A DNA stretch of 64,000 nt, taken from positions 1,118,455-1,182,454 of the forward strand of contig MU006089.1 of the NCBI GenBank assembly GCA_010093705.1. Reading direction: 5' to 3'. The DNA is from Patellaria atrata CBS 101060. Its lineage: Eukaryota. Under the pieces are notes generated by a model. That model was not told the DNA's origin and searched no databases. It saw nothing but the letters and a program-made list of their open reading frames with translations. Made by a program: the position numbers and the translations under genes. Positions within the stretch are counted from its first letter, which is position 1, and each line of letters begins with the position of its first letter. Below are positions 38,601-49,652 of the stretch, piece after piece.

Positions 38601-40066
38601 GTTGGGGTCTGATAAAGTCCAGATTTTCTCCAAGTCAGGTTTCTCTAGACCACTTTGGCCAAAAATCTCAATAGCTTGATCCCCACTAATGAACCCTTTA
38701 TTGAAACCATCCCATGCTCTGAATAAGTCATCGTAGATTTTCTTCTCGTCCTTTGTTACCGCCCAAGGGACAGTGGCGTTGCCCTGGAGACCACTCGTTG
38801 TGTACCCACCTTCTCTCCCGGCTTGAGGCATCATTTGCTGTTGCAATGCGGCAATATTCGGGAGGCCAGTTGCGGGAGCGTTTACAAGACCCCATTGTCC
38901 CGGTCTACCGGTTGGTTGAGCATTCAATGGTGCAAGTCCTATCTGAGAGGGTGAGACGCCGGAACCAAAGCCGCTTGGCATGGGCGGCATGGGTGGACGA
39001 GGACCGGCATAGCCGGTCGGTTGGGTTAAATTGAAACCCGTCGCTTGAGTCGAGAGAGGGGGTACAGAAGGTACCTGACCAAAATTCTGAGATTGACCCG
39101 GGAATCCTGTCATCGTCGGCTGCTGAAACCCAGTAGGTTGCGCGGTCAGTTGGGAGAGAAGCTGACTATTCGACTGTTGCGGCTGGGGCTGCTGGATCGC
39201 CGGTGGTGAGTTATGGCTTGTTGGGGCGTCAAAGGTTGGAGCGTTACTCCGCGCAGGAGCTTGCGGACGATCATCAGGGACACCAAAAGATATGATATCA
39301 ACCATGCTGGACACCTCATTCATGATACGTTCTGGAAGCGCAGGGGGAAGATCCTTGCCTACAATCTTCAAGTTGCAAAGATACATGGCCAGTGCAAACT
39401 CTGGGAACAAGAGCTGACCCGATTTGGTGGTATCGGAGAGTGTCCTATCGTATGTTAGTTGTGGTCATAAAAGATCTTGATTGAACATAGCTAAAGCTAT
39501 ATGGCAAGATTGATGTAGCAGAATTTGGCGAGCGTGTATTTCCCATACCATATTTGAGATAGAGACTCTCCCGGGAGCTTAGATCGCATAAGCAGATCCT
39601 TAGCCTTTTCTCCAGACAAGGCTTGATCGTTCCCAACCGCCGACTTAAACAGTTGCTCAAATTTGGCCTGATCTTGCGCCGTGATGAAAGATAATCTGAT
39701 ATTAGGTATCTTAGATCTTGCTGGCCCTGAATTCTGTTCTTGGACTGGTTGAGATAAAGGCGTGGAGCGGAAAGAATCGGCTATCTGACTGGATGTCATG
39801 CCTGTGGGCTGTGGGAATTGTTGCGGCGGTGGTTGTGAGAACTGTTGTTGCTGCTGCTGAGGCTGCTGCTGCTGCTGGAAAGATTGCGAAGCATTTTGCA
39901 TAGGATATCCCGTGAACTGAGGGTTCTGCTGAGGGAGCGGCGGAGGAGGAAGATTCGATTGCTGAGTGTATTGCTGGTATCCAGTAGCTTGAGGATGCTG
40001 TATGGGTCCTGGTCCCATTCGGCCAGAATTCGACCCTCCTAAAAAGCTATTGGAACCAGAATACAT
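35696..40066 (-). CDS. PAN1: Actin cytoskeleton/endocytosis scaffold Pan1 (2 introns)
   Basis: MYSGSNSF start, QPTG repeats, [21 protein letters not shown] (EH1), [12 protein letters not shown] (EH2), coiled coil, NPF motifs, polyproline, C-terminal WH2 ([17 protein letters not shown]). Confidence 0.96.
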
Positions 40067-40427
40067 GACGAAAATTATAAAAAGGAAAAAGTATTCGTGA
40101 GACTGGTGTGTAGTAGGTTTAGTCTCTGGGGATGGTCGACAGCATCGACAGCACGTCTAGGGGACGGAGTTGCGTGGACAAGCTTGGCGGCTCATCTGTC
40201 AGTAAGATAACTTGCTTCGAAACAATACTGGCTCTAATTAGCTACAAGGTATCTGTAAGTATCCTATCATTGTGCTTGATACTGTACGATAGAAACTCTA
40301 CTTGTTATTAGTCTACCGGCGTCAAAACTTCTGCTCTGACAAGCTTCTGCCAGCTCTAAGACCTAGAAGTCCCCGTCTTCAACAAACTTCCACCACTTCT
40401 CTAAGAAAGCACCTGTGTACCATAAGC

Positions 40428-40747
40428 ATGTCATCGGAAACCCCAGAGAAGAGCTATACCAAAGATAACAAGCAGCAAGATGCGGACTTTGCGCAGGTGA
40501 GATGCTCTCCTTCCACTCCTTATTTTACGTCAATATTCTCAACAAGACCTGCGGCTAACACTATTGGTTATCGCAGGCATTCAAGGAATTGCAGAAGGGT
40601 GAAAGCACTGCAGCTGCACTTGAGAAGCATTTGACGGAGCTGGAAAGCAAAATTGAAGAGCTCCTCGCAAAAGCTGATGAGGAAAAGAGATCTCTCGCTC
40701 AAGATTCAACATCGCCGGACGGCTCGGAGAAGTCAAATCCATCATGA
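40428..40747 (+). CDS. Small coiled-coil hypothetical protein (~79 aa, 1 intron 40497-40577)
   Basis: MSSETPEK...DADFAQ joined over a GTGAGA..GCTAAC..CAG intron to AFKELQKGESTAAALEKHLTELESKIEELLAKAD...*. Missed by the ORF track. Confidence 0.8.
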
Positions 40748-40899
40748 TCTTGTCCAGCAAGATACACCTACCCATGCTGTAAAGCGGCTTCTATGTCAGA
40801 ATCTATACGGGTAAAACAACATGCACATCACCATTGAAGGCCGTATCTATGTGTTAGGATCATTTACCACAAAACAGAGAGCCGCAAGCTCGCCATTCT

Positions 40900-42094
40900 C
40901 TATTTCTCGAAAACGGATGCCATGTTAAAAGCTCCAGACTCATCCTTTTCTACAACCCCGACTTCAGTTATGATGGCGTCTATCAGTTCCGCTGGAGTGA
41001 CATCGAATGACGGGTTCCATATATCGATACCGTTTGCTGCTATACTGACATTTTCCACAATACTAGGATCCAACTCAGCCCCATCGAAACGAGGCCCCTT
41101 GATCCTAGTTACTTCCCAACCAGGTCTCTCCTCAATCACGATATCCTTTCCGCTCTTGGTCTGCAAGTCTATTGTCGTTCTTGGTGCCGCAATGAGGAAC
41201 TTGACACCATGATGGCGTGCACTGATAGCTAATGCGTATGTCCCAATCTTATTTGCGGTGTCTCCATTAGCCGCGACGCGATCGGCTCCTACAACTATAG
41301 CAGCTATTCGTTCCTCCGAACCACGATTATAGAGCAGTGCGGATGCCATAGAGTCCGTTATTAGAGTTGCGGGTATCTTGTCGTGGACAAGTTCAAAGGC
41401 TGTCAAACGCGAGCCTTGATTATACGGGCGAGTTTCGGTACAAAAAGCACGCCTAAGCTTTCCTTGAGCATTGAGGGATCTTATGACCCCGAGGGCCGTA
41501 CCATAACCTGCTGTTGCCAGAGATCTTAAATCATCAGCTAGAAAAAAGGAAAAGGGATGATAGGGTTTACCCAGTATTGCAGTGTGTCAGAACGCTAACC
41601 TCACTGTTCCCTTGAACAATTCCGTTCTTCAGTATCCATTCGGCCCCATACTTTCCTATGGCTTCGTTATCGCTCACATCGTCCACTAGCATCTTCTCCG
41701 CCGCCTGGATATATGCATCTTTCATCGCCTCTCCGTTACCAGCTTCGGAAAGAGCGTTTTCCACCACTTTAGACAGCTTAGTAACAGCATCAGCAAGGTT
41801 GACAGCCGTCGGCCTGCTCGTTACAAGGTAGGACAGCTTCTCGAGGATGAAAGCCGCGACTTCTTCCGCTTTATCTGATAGCTTGTTGGCGGCGGAAAGA
41901 TTTTCAAGCTCAGCGGCGAGGGCGAGAGCTGCTACTATAGCTATTGCCGGAGCACCTCGAGTGCGCATCTCTTTGATAGCATGCCATGCATCTTCACTCG
42001 ATCGTACCGTTTCATAGACTTCGGCATGTGGCAACCTCAGCTGGTCCAGTACTTCGAGTTGGCCTCGCTTGTATTTGATCGCTTGTAGAACCAT
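40900..42094 (-). CDS. MRI1: Methylthioribose-1-phosphate isomerase (1 intron)
   Basis: [82 protein letters not shown]. Confidence 0.97.
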
Positions 42095-43016
42095 TTGCGT
42101 GCGTAGATGGACTTTTATAGGCGAATATTGTTTATCAGAAGTTGGATTTCAGCCTTTTGCTTTCCTATAAGGAAGGACAAGGAATAATTGTTCAAATGTA
42201 CAGGAAACTGCTCGGGGTATCGATATTGCAAATAACGCGCATAAATTTTAGGATGACGATCGCCTGGGGCAAAATTCACACCGCCTTGGAAGTACACCAA
42301 AGCATCCATCACTGCTATATCTTCTTGGTAACGAGGAGACTCCAGAGTATCGATTTCGATATCTCTTCTTGAATCCGATGCTTGACGAAATTCGCTTTAT
42401 TGGAGGGCACTTTATGTGGTAGTTCCATCTCAGCGGATAAAGTAACCATCACCCGCGACTCGCCCGGCACCAATATCAACTCATCATTCCTCTGCTTCCC
42501 TTAAAGAGTAAATTTCTTCAAAGCTGTGTGTTTCGAAAATCAATGTACAGTATCCTTTTCTTTCCTGTTATGTCTGTCTCTTACTCTTAAATTTCATCGT
42601 CTCCTCTGTTACTTCGGGGACTCTCGGTTGCTTTACGCTAGCTGTACGAACAGTGGCAGAGTCTCAAAATTGGGTTTTTAATAAGGTAAACTGGTCTGTA
42701 CCTCACATTGAAACTTCCTCTATCAATAGACGTACAACTAGCTGTTATTCATGCAACAAGGTAAAGAAACAATATACACGCAGATACCTATCTCTCCACC
42801 ATTTCGCGTTTTTAACGTGGACAATGTGTTGTTCTGTATCCACCTACACTTTGCCTATTTGGTATTTCGATGACCTCTATGGGACATTACTTTTGCTCAG
42901 TATTTCCCAGAAGATGTATTCTTTGGTTGAGTGTCTCGGAGTCTTTCTCGGCTCTCCTCCACATCTCTCCCACCTATTTTCTTGCACTTGAGCTACCTCA
43001 CTACCACACTACCACA

Positions 43017-43871
43017 ATGTCCTCTCACAAACCTCTTACCCTCATGACTCGTCTGGCCCTCCCCAATTCCACCTTATCCATCCCAGTTATCGGCTTCGGC
43101 GTCTATCAATCCCACGGCGACACTTGCCTGCGCTCCTGCAAGACCGCTCTTGAGAATGGTTACCGCCACATCGACACCGCCCAATACTACGCCAATGAGG
43201 CTGAGATTGGGACCGCGCTACGTCATTCTAATATCCCACGCTCCGAACTCTTCATCACAAGCAAAATCTTAACTCCAAGGAAAGACCCCGAGGCCACCTA
43301 CTCAAGTATAGTAAACAGCGTGCACAAACTAGCCGGCGAGGAAGGTTACGTCGACCTCTTCCTGATCCACAGCCCGAACTGCGGTGTTGAGGGACGGAAG
43401 ATGCTATGGACGGCGCTCGAGGGGGCGAAAGAGGAGGGCTTGGTTAGAGCCATAGGCGTGTCCAACTACGCCCCCTCCCACCTCGATGAACTGCGCACCT
43501 ACGCCCGCTCCTGGCCCCCGGCTGTCAACCAAATCGAACTGCACCCTTTCTGCCAGCAGCGGTCCGCGGTAAAGTACTGTGAAGCCAATGGTATCGTGGT
43601 TGAGGCGTATTGTCCCCTGGTTAGGAATCAACGTTCTACGGATGGAACTTTGATAGCGGTTGCTGAAAAGAGGGATGTAAGTGTCGCGCAGGTACTCATC
43701 AGATATTGTTTGCAAAAGGGCTGGGTACCGTTGCCTAAGAGCGATACTCCCGTCAGGATAAAGGAGAATGTTGATGTTTTTGGGTTTGAGCTTGATGGGG
43801 AGGATATGGAAAGGTTGGATAGGCTGGATGAGGGGAGTAGGGGAGCGATTGTGGAAGCGGTTGAGGAGTAG
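43017..43871 (+). CDS. Aldo-keto reductase
   Basis: IPVIGFGVY, GYRHIDTAQYYANE, ELFITSK, YVDLFLIHSP, IGVSNY, NQIELHP, LPKS. Likely start at ATG 43017. Confidence 0.95.
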   Translation: MSSHKPLTLMTRLALPNSTLSIPVIGFGVYQSHGDTCLRSCKTALENGYRHIDTAQYYANEAEIGTALRHSNIPRSELFITSKILTPRKDPEATYSSIVNSVHKLAGEEGYVDLFLIHSPNCGVEGRKMLWTALEGAKEEGLVRAIGVSNYAPSHLDELRTYARSWPPAVNQIELHPFCQQRSAVKYCEANGIVVEAYCPLVRNQRSTDGTLIAVAEKRDVSVAQVLIRYCLQKGWVPLPKSDTPVRIKENVDVFGFELDGEDMERLDRLDEGSRGAIVEAVEE

Positions 43872-44087
43872 GGGTTCATCGCGCCAAGGTGGAGTTTATG
43901 ATAGAAGGTGTTGAGTCGGTGGTCAAAGGAAAATACCATCGAAGTCTTGCCAATTACATAAATCGTTGAAATTGAAGTAACATTAAGATATGGTCCGCCT
44001 CTCGCTAGTTTTCTTTTCCTTACAGCGCCCCGTACTCCTAACGCCTTGTCTTTCTCTCTATGAAAGTAGGAAAAATGTCTCAAACAT

Positions 44088-46312
44088 TCAATTCCACTTC
44101 TCGAGATTCTTCAAAACGCACCTCTCGCCCGTCCTCTTAACCAAGGTTCCCACCGTAAACACCACCTCCCCACTCTCCTTCAAACTGCCGACAGCCTCCT
44201 CCACCCTCTCTTTTGCAACAACCACCACCATGCCAAGGCCAGTATTCCACACCCTCGCAAACTCACCGGCATCTACATTTCCCGCTTTCTTAAGCCAGGA
44301 TAGAACATCCGGCACACTCCACGTGCTCACATCCATTTCCGCAGCCAGATGCTCTGGTAGCATTCTGGGTACATTATCATATAACCCTCCGCCGGTGACA
44401 TGCGCCATCCCCTTGGTCAACCCTTTTTCAGTGAGTTTCAAAAGGGGCTTTACATATATCCTCGTAGGCGTCAATAACGACTCTCCCACACTTTTCGTCT
44501 CATCCCACGGCGCCTTGGACTGGTACGACAACTTCCTCGCTTCCAGGATGCGGCGCGTGAGAGAGAAGCCGTTGGAGTGCTGCCCACTGCTCGCCAACCC
44601 AAGGAGGACGTCCCCTTCTTTCATCGCATCTAGGTCCGGGAGGATCTTCTGTCCGTGAGGAATGGTGCCGATAGCGGCGCCAGCGGCATCGTATTCCTTG
44701 CCTGTATATATCCCCGGCATCTCCGCCGTCTCGCCCCCTACTAACGCGCAGCCCGCTTCCCTGCAACCCCTCGCGACGCTCTCCACAAACTGCGCCGCTG
44801 TCTCCAGCTCCAACTTGGAGGACGCAATATAATCCAGAAACGCAAGCGGTTGTGCACCCTGGACGACCAGGTCATTTACATTCATCGCCACAAGGTCTAC
44901 CCCTACGCCGGAGTGATCGTTCATCTCAACCGCGATCTTAAGCTTCGTTCCTACGCCATCGATGGCAGATACGATTTTAGGAGCCCTAGGGAAGCCGGCC
45001 GCGTCCAAGTCGAGGATGCCACCGAAACCGCCGATCTCAGCGGAGGCGCCAGGGCGTGCTGTGGAGGCGACGGCTGCTTTGATGCGGTGGACTAGCTCGT
45101 TGCCCGCTTCGATGCTAACCCCGGCGTCGGCGTAGGTCATTCTAGGTCCTGCTGGGACTTGCGAAGTTTCGGATTCGGGTTTGCGGAAGACTGTCATGCC
45201 GTCTTCTGCTGGCTCCAATACCTTAACTAAGCATGATGTTTTCTTTGGAGCCCCAGATGTGCTCTCTGGTGAATCGTATCTCTCCATTATATTTTTGATG
45301 TTCTGGGAAATAGTTTCGAAGTTCTCGGTTGCGAGAGCTAGAATTGTGGGACCAGCGCCGGAGAGACAGATACCTAGAAGTCCTGGGTGTGATTGAGGAG
45401 TTACGGATTTAAGAACTTCTTCTAATCCAGGGACGAGATGCATCCGCTGGTTCTGATGCACTTTATCCTGCATCCCATCATATATCATCCTCGGATCCGG
45501 TGGCGATTGTCCCAAGGCCGTCGTAAGTAGCGCAATCCTCTGCAAGTTAAAGATAACATCCGCTCTCTTATACTCCACCTGAAGCACTTTCCTCGCTTCC
45601 GCAGTCGGGACCTCAAAATCCGGTATAATAGCAATACACTTGATCTCCTTCGCCCACCTGAACTTAATATGATGCCCGATATTGAGCGGTGGCACTGGGG
45701 GTTTCAATCCCGTATCCACACCACCAGCAGGCTGCGGCAAGACCTCACTCAATGGAATCTCCTTTCTTGCCATATCTTCAGGGTCCAACTCGTTCAAATA
45801 TGTACCCACGAAGCCGCCATATAGCGCTGCGGCCACGTTATCCGGATGTCGTTCGATCATGAGACAGAAGTCTAGCAGCCGGTCCTTCGACAAGCCTAGG
45901 TTGCCTACTTCGTTCGCCAGCGCAGCTCCTGCGACAACCGCAGCGCCCGAGGAGCCGAGCCCTCGGCCTAGGGGAATGGGATTTATGATATGGACGTGGG
46001 TTTGTACGGGGAAGGCGCTCTGGTTATGACATCGTAGGACATAGAGAGCGGTGCGGGTTATGAGGTTCTCGTCTGCAATGAGACTGACCTCTTCCGCGCC
46101 CACGCCTTCATATGTGATTTTGCAGTTCAAGGGTACATTGGAGGAGGTCGTGGTGGTGTCTATTCTGACTTGAAGCTCAAGGTAGATATTAAGCCCTAGG
46201 CCTACGACGTCAAAGCCGGGGCCAATGTTGGCCGAGGAGCACGGTACGCCTATGAAAATCATGAGTGATAGCAGCATTCAAGAAGGAAAGGGTATGTACG
46301 GATTGCTATCAT
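44088..46312 (-). CDS. Fusion protein: homoserine kinase (Thr1/ThrB) + phosphoribosylaminoimidazole (AIR) synthetase (PurM / Ade7 domain); 1 intron 46250-46299
   Basis: N-half: RVPCSSANIGPGFD, PIPLGRGLGSSGAA, ERHPDNVAA, LSGAGPT. C-half: TYADAGVSIEAGN, IGGFGG, DGVGTKL, DLVAMNVNDL, GGETAEMP, SNGFSL, AHVTGGG, WNTGLG. No stop codon between the halves. Confidence 0.93.
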
Positions 46313-46508
46313 TTTGGATATCCAAGCAGCTTCACCAGAAAATCAGAAGTGGAAACGTTATAGTGAGAGTACAATTATCAAGGCTTTCCGCAGTGTGGAC
46401 TATGGAACCCTTAAGACAAGTTCAATTGAAAAGCTGTACGAGTAAAAGAATGTCCGCCCCGCATGATTGCCAGAGATTTTCTTCCCAAAAGGAATGCGAG
46501 CTGTGAAA

Positions 46509-46514
46509 TGACTC
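46509..46514 (+). promoter_or_regulatory. TGACTC element (Gcn4/CpcA- or Bas1-type) in a divergent promoter
   Basis: ATGACTC near the middle of the 364-bp gap between the Thr1-PurM fusion and ADE1. Confidence 0.45.
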
Positions 46515-46676
46515 GAGCAACAATTTTTGCCCGCATTGTTTGATGGTGGGGTTGTTGCTGAAGCCCCGCCAAAAATTCTCAAAGCCGCAAGGGTAGTCCT
46601 ATAAAGTCCAAATACAAAAAAGGTACAATACTTTCTTCTGCATTTTCCTGCAGTAGAAAATATCAATTGGATACCA

Positions 46677-47738
46677 ATGGCATCGCAAGACGCAGTCATA
46701 GCTTCAGACGTCCAAGGTCTACTTCCTCTCCTCGCGCGAGGCAAGGTTCGGGATGTGTATACCATCGATGACTCGACCATCCTATTCGTCGCAACTGATC
46801 GGATATCTGCATACGATGTGATCATGAGGAACGTACGTATCAATATACCCTTCAGGCGTCTCAGTGTACTAATCGACAGTTTCCGCAGGCGATTCCCAAT
46901 AAAGGCACCCTTCTGACCGCTCTTTCCGCGCACTGGTTCACCATCCTACCAGCTCTGATACCGTCCTTACAAACCCACTTCATCACATTGAAACTCCCGG
47001 CTACGTTGCGCAAGTCGCTATCCCCAAACCTCCTCTCACAGCTCACATACCGGAGTATGACCGTAAGGAAGTTGAAGATCTTCCCAATTGAAGCTATTGT
47101 TCGAGGATATATCACGGGTAGTGCATGGAGTGAGTACCAAAAGAAGGGAACGGTCCATGGTATACAAATACCGGGAGATAAGCTCGTGGAGAGCCAGGCC
47201 TTCGCCAAGCCATTGTACACTCCGAGTACCAAGGCAGAGCAAGGTGAACACGATGAGAATATACATCCACAGAGAGCGGCAGGTATCGTTGGCGAAAAGT
47301 ATGCGAAGCAAATTGAAGACCTTAGTGTCGAGATATACACAAAGGTACGAGAACCTAAGAGTTATCTGGTTGAAAATAACTGATTTATTCTATCTTGCTC
47401 AGGCTCGTGACTATGCCCTTGCCCGGGGTATCATTATAGCCGACACAAAGTTCGAGTTCGGTCTCGATGAGGAAACAGATACCGTTGTCCTAGTCGATGA
47501 GGTTCTTACGCCGGACAGCTCTCGCTTCTGGCCTGCCGACAAGTACGAAGTTGGTAGGGCGCAAGAGAGTTTTGATAAGCAGTACATTCGAGACTATTTG
47601 ACTAGGGAAGGGTTGAAAGGCGAAGAGGGTGTCGTAGTGCCTGAGGGGATTGTAAAAGCGACATCAGATAAGTATGCGGAAGCATTCGAGAAATTGGTTG
47701 GAAAGAAGTGGAGCAAAGTGGTGAGTGTACAGATCTAG
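46677..47738 (+). CDS. ADE1: SAICAR synthetase (2 introns)
   Basis: [70 protein letters not shown]. Confidence 0.98.
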
Positions 47739-47855
47739 GATTAGAAGCCTCCATGAGATTGGACTCCATAAATGTGACGCATCAAGCCATGATTGATGCA
47801 TAGTGGAGTCGGTCTTGATAGGATCGGATGGGGTCATATAAACCTACGGTGTTCA

Positions 47856-48708
47856 TTATGCAGTGGTACTTTTCATCTTCACCTGTTCTGATACCCTTTC
47901 CAACCACCATGTATGTATTCTAGGATCTCCTGTTAGTTCAGGATGAAAGCTTGTACCGAAGACATTGCCCTGTCGAATCGCAATAACATCCCCCCCTTTT
48001 GCAGCTGCTGATTGTGAAGCCGAGCCTGCCGGCAACGTCGCCAGTATCTCCACTTCCCCGCCTAGCATCCTCTTCGCCGCATCGTCCTTTGGTGTTTTTG
48101 ACGGTGCTACAACTGTATCCACCTGCTCCGCTTCTTCGGTCTGAATACCCTCCTTGTGCGGTAAAATCTTCTCCACGACCGGCGCTCGTATGAAGACGCT
48201 CTTGAAAGGTTTGGCGTCTACATCCGGATCCAAGAAAGGAAGTTTAAGATCAGTTGCAAAACTGTCCAGTTGGCGCCCAAAGTGGTTACGCTCTACCCTC
48301 ACATCGAGCCCGCCGATAAGCTCCTGACCACCTTTTTTTGTGCGATTTGCCGATTCGGCGAGGAGTATGAGGCCAGCGCAGGTTCCCCAAGTAGGTTTAC
48401 GCTCTACTCTACAAGCCGATTAGCATATCCTGGAGCTTAGGATATGTGGTAAAGAAATATTACTTTACGAAGTCTCTTAACGGCTCCAGCAAACCTGATC
48501 GAGCTGCTACCAGAGATATAGCTGTGCTTTCGCCTCCCGGTATGATAAGCGCATCGCACTTAGAAAGCTCATCCTGAGTCCGTACTTCGACAAATTGAAA
48601 GTTTGGGGATTCTGGAGTTGCCGGTTTGATGGTCATGGCGGCTTGACGGAGGAGTTGGATGTGTTCGCTAAAGGCGCCCTGCAGCGCAAGCACACCGACT
48701 GTTATCAT
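47856..48708 (-). CDS. SNO1: Pyridoxal 5'-phosphate synthase glutaminase subunit (Pdx2); 1 intron
   Basis: VGVLALQGAFSEH, IIPGGEST, WGTCAGLILL, RNHFGRQ, FIRAP, FHPEL (Cys-His-Glu triad). Confidence 0.97.
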
Positions 48709-49652
48709 GGCTATGCTAGAGAGTATATTACTGTGTGGAAGGAGACAGATGAGAAAAGTGAGCGTTGACGGAAAAAGATAGAACTTCGAGATTTTTACTT
48801 GTCAATCGGAGGTGAGGCGGGACGTTCCCGTCGGCATTATGTCGATAGGGCGTGTTCGGACATACACCTCCTCCATGACGTATGAATCCGAAATGTCCAT
48901 GATGTTAAGACGGCATAAGAGCGTGAGATACTCTGCGTAGGGGACAAAGTACTCGGATGATGGAATATATGCCACTACCTTAGTCGGCAAAACATTGGAT
49001 CATGAGCGGATGTCTGAGATCGTAAGCTCTCGGCCCGATCAAAGTTGAGCCGCTATCACGATCCTGCTAAATCCTACAGCCGATATTGTATCGTTTGCAC
49101 TGCCAAACCTCCACAACAAACTACTTCGACGATAATCCACCAGTCATTCCTCTCGTAAAATGCAAAAAGTTTCCGGCACGTACTACTGTGACGATTCACA
49201 CTCAATGTTTGGACCCCACCACATAGATATCTCGTCTCTCGTTTCGAAATATGGCCGTATTGCCAAACACTGGGGCCAATTTGGCACATAACAAAACTTC
49301 AGATCTGCGTCCACCGTCATGAAATAGTTTCGACTGCTTCCCTCGTCCTCTTTTTCTCTTAAACGATTGTATCGTCCTCTCGTGTTTGGCATGCTACACA
49401 GTAAAAGTCTCATTATTCATCCGTTGTGTTCCAAGCGTTTACGGTTGATCAAGCATCAACAACTTTCACCAAAACAATGGTGCAGTCTGCGGCACAGGGC
49501 AAGAGTATATGAGCGTGGCTCCCGCATTCTAAATTAGTAGGTAGTATCTTCATCAAGTGGATTATCTAGGTACATCACCTTCGACATCATTTTCATCTTC
49601 TTCTCTTTACTTATCCTTCATTGAATACGTCCAACTGTCTTTATAATACACA

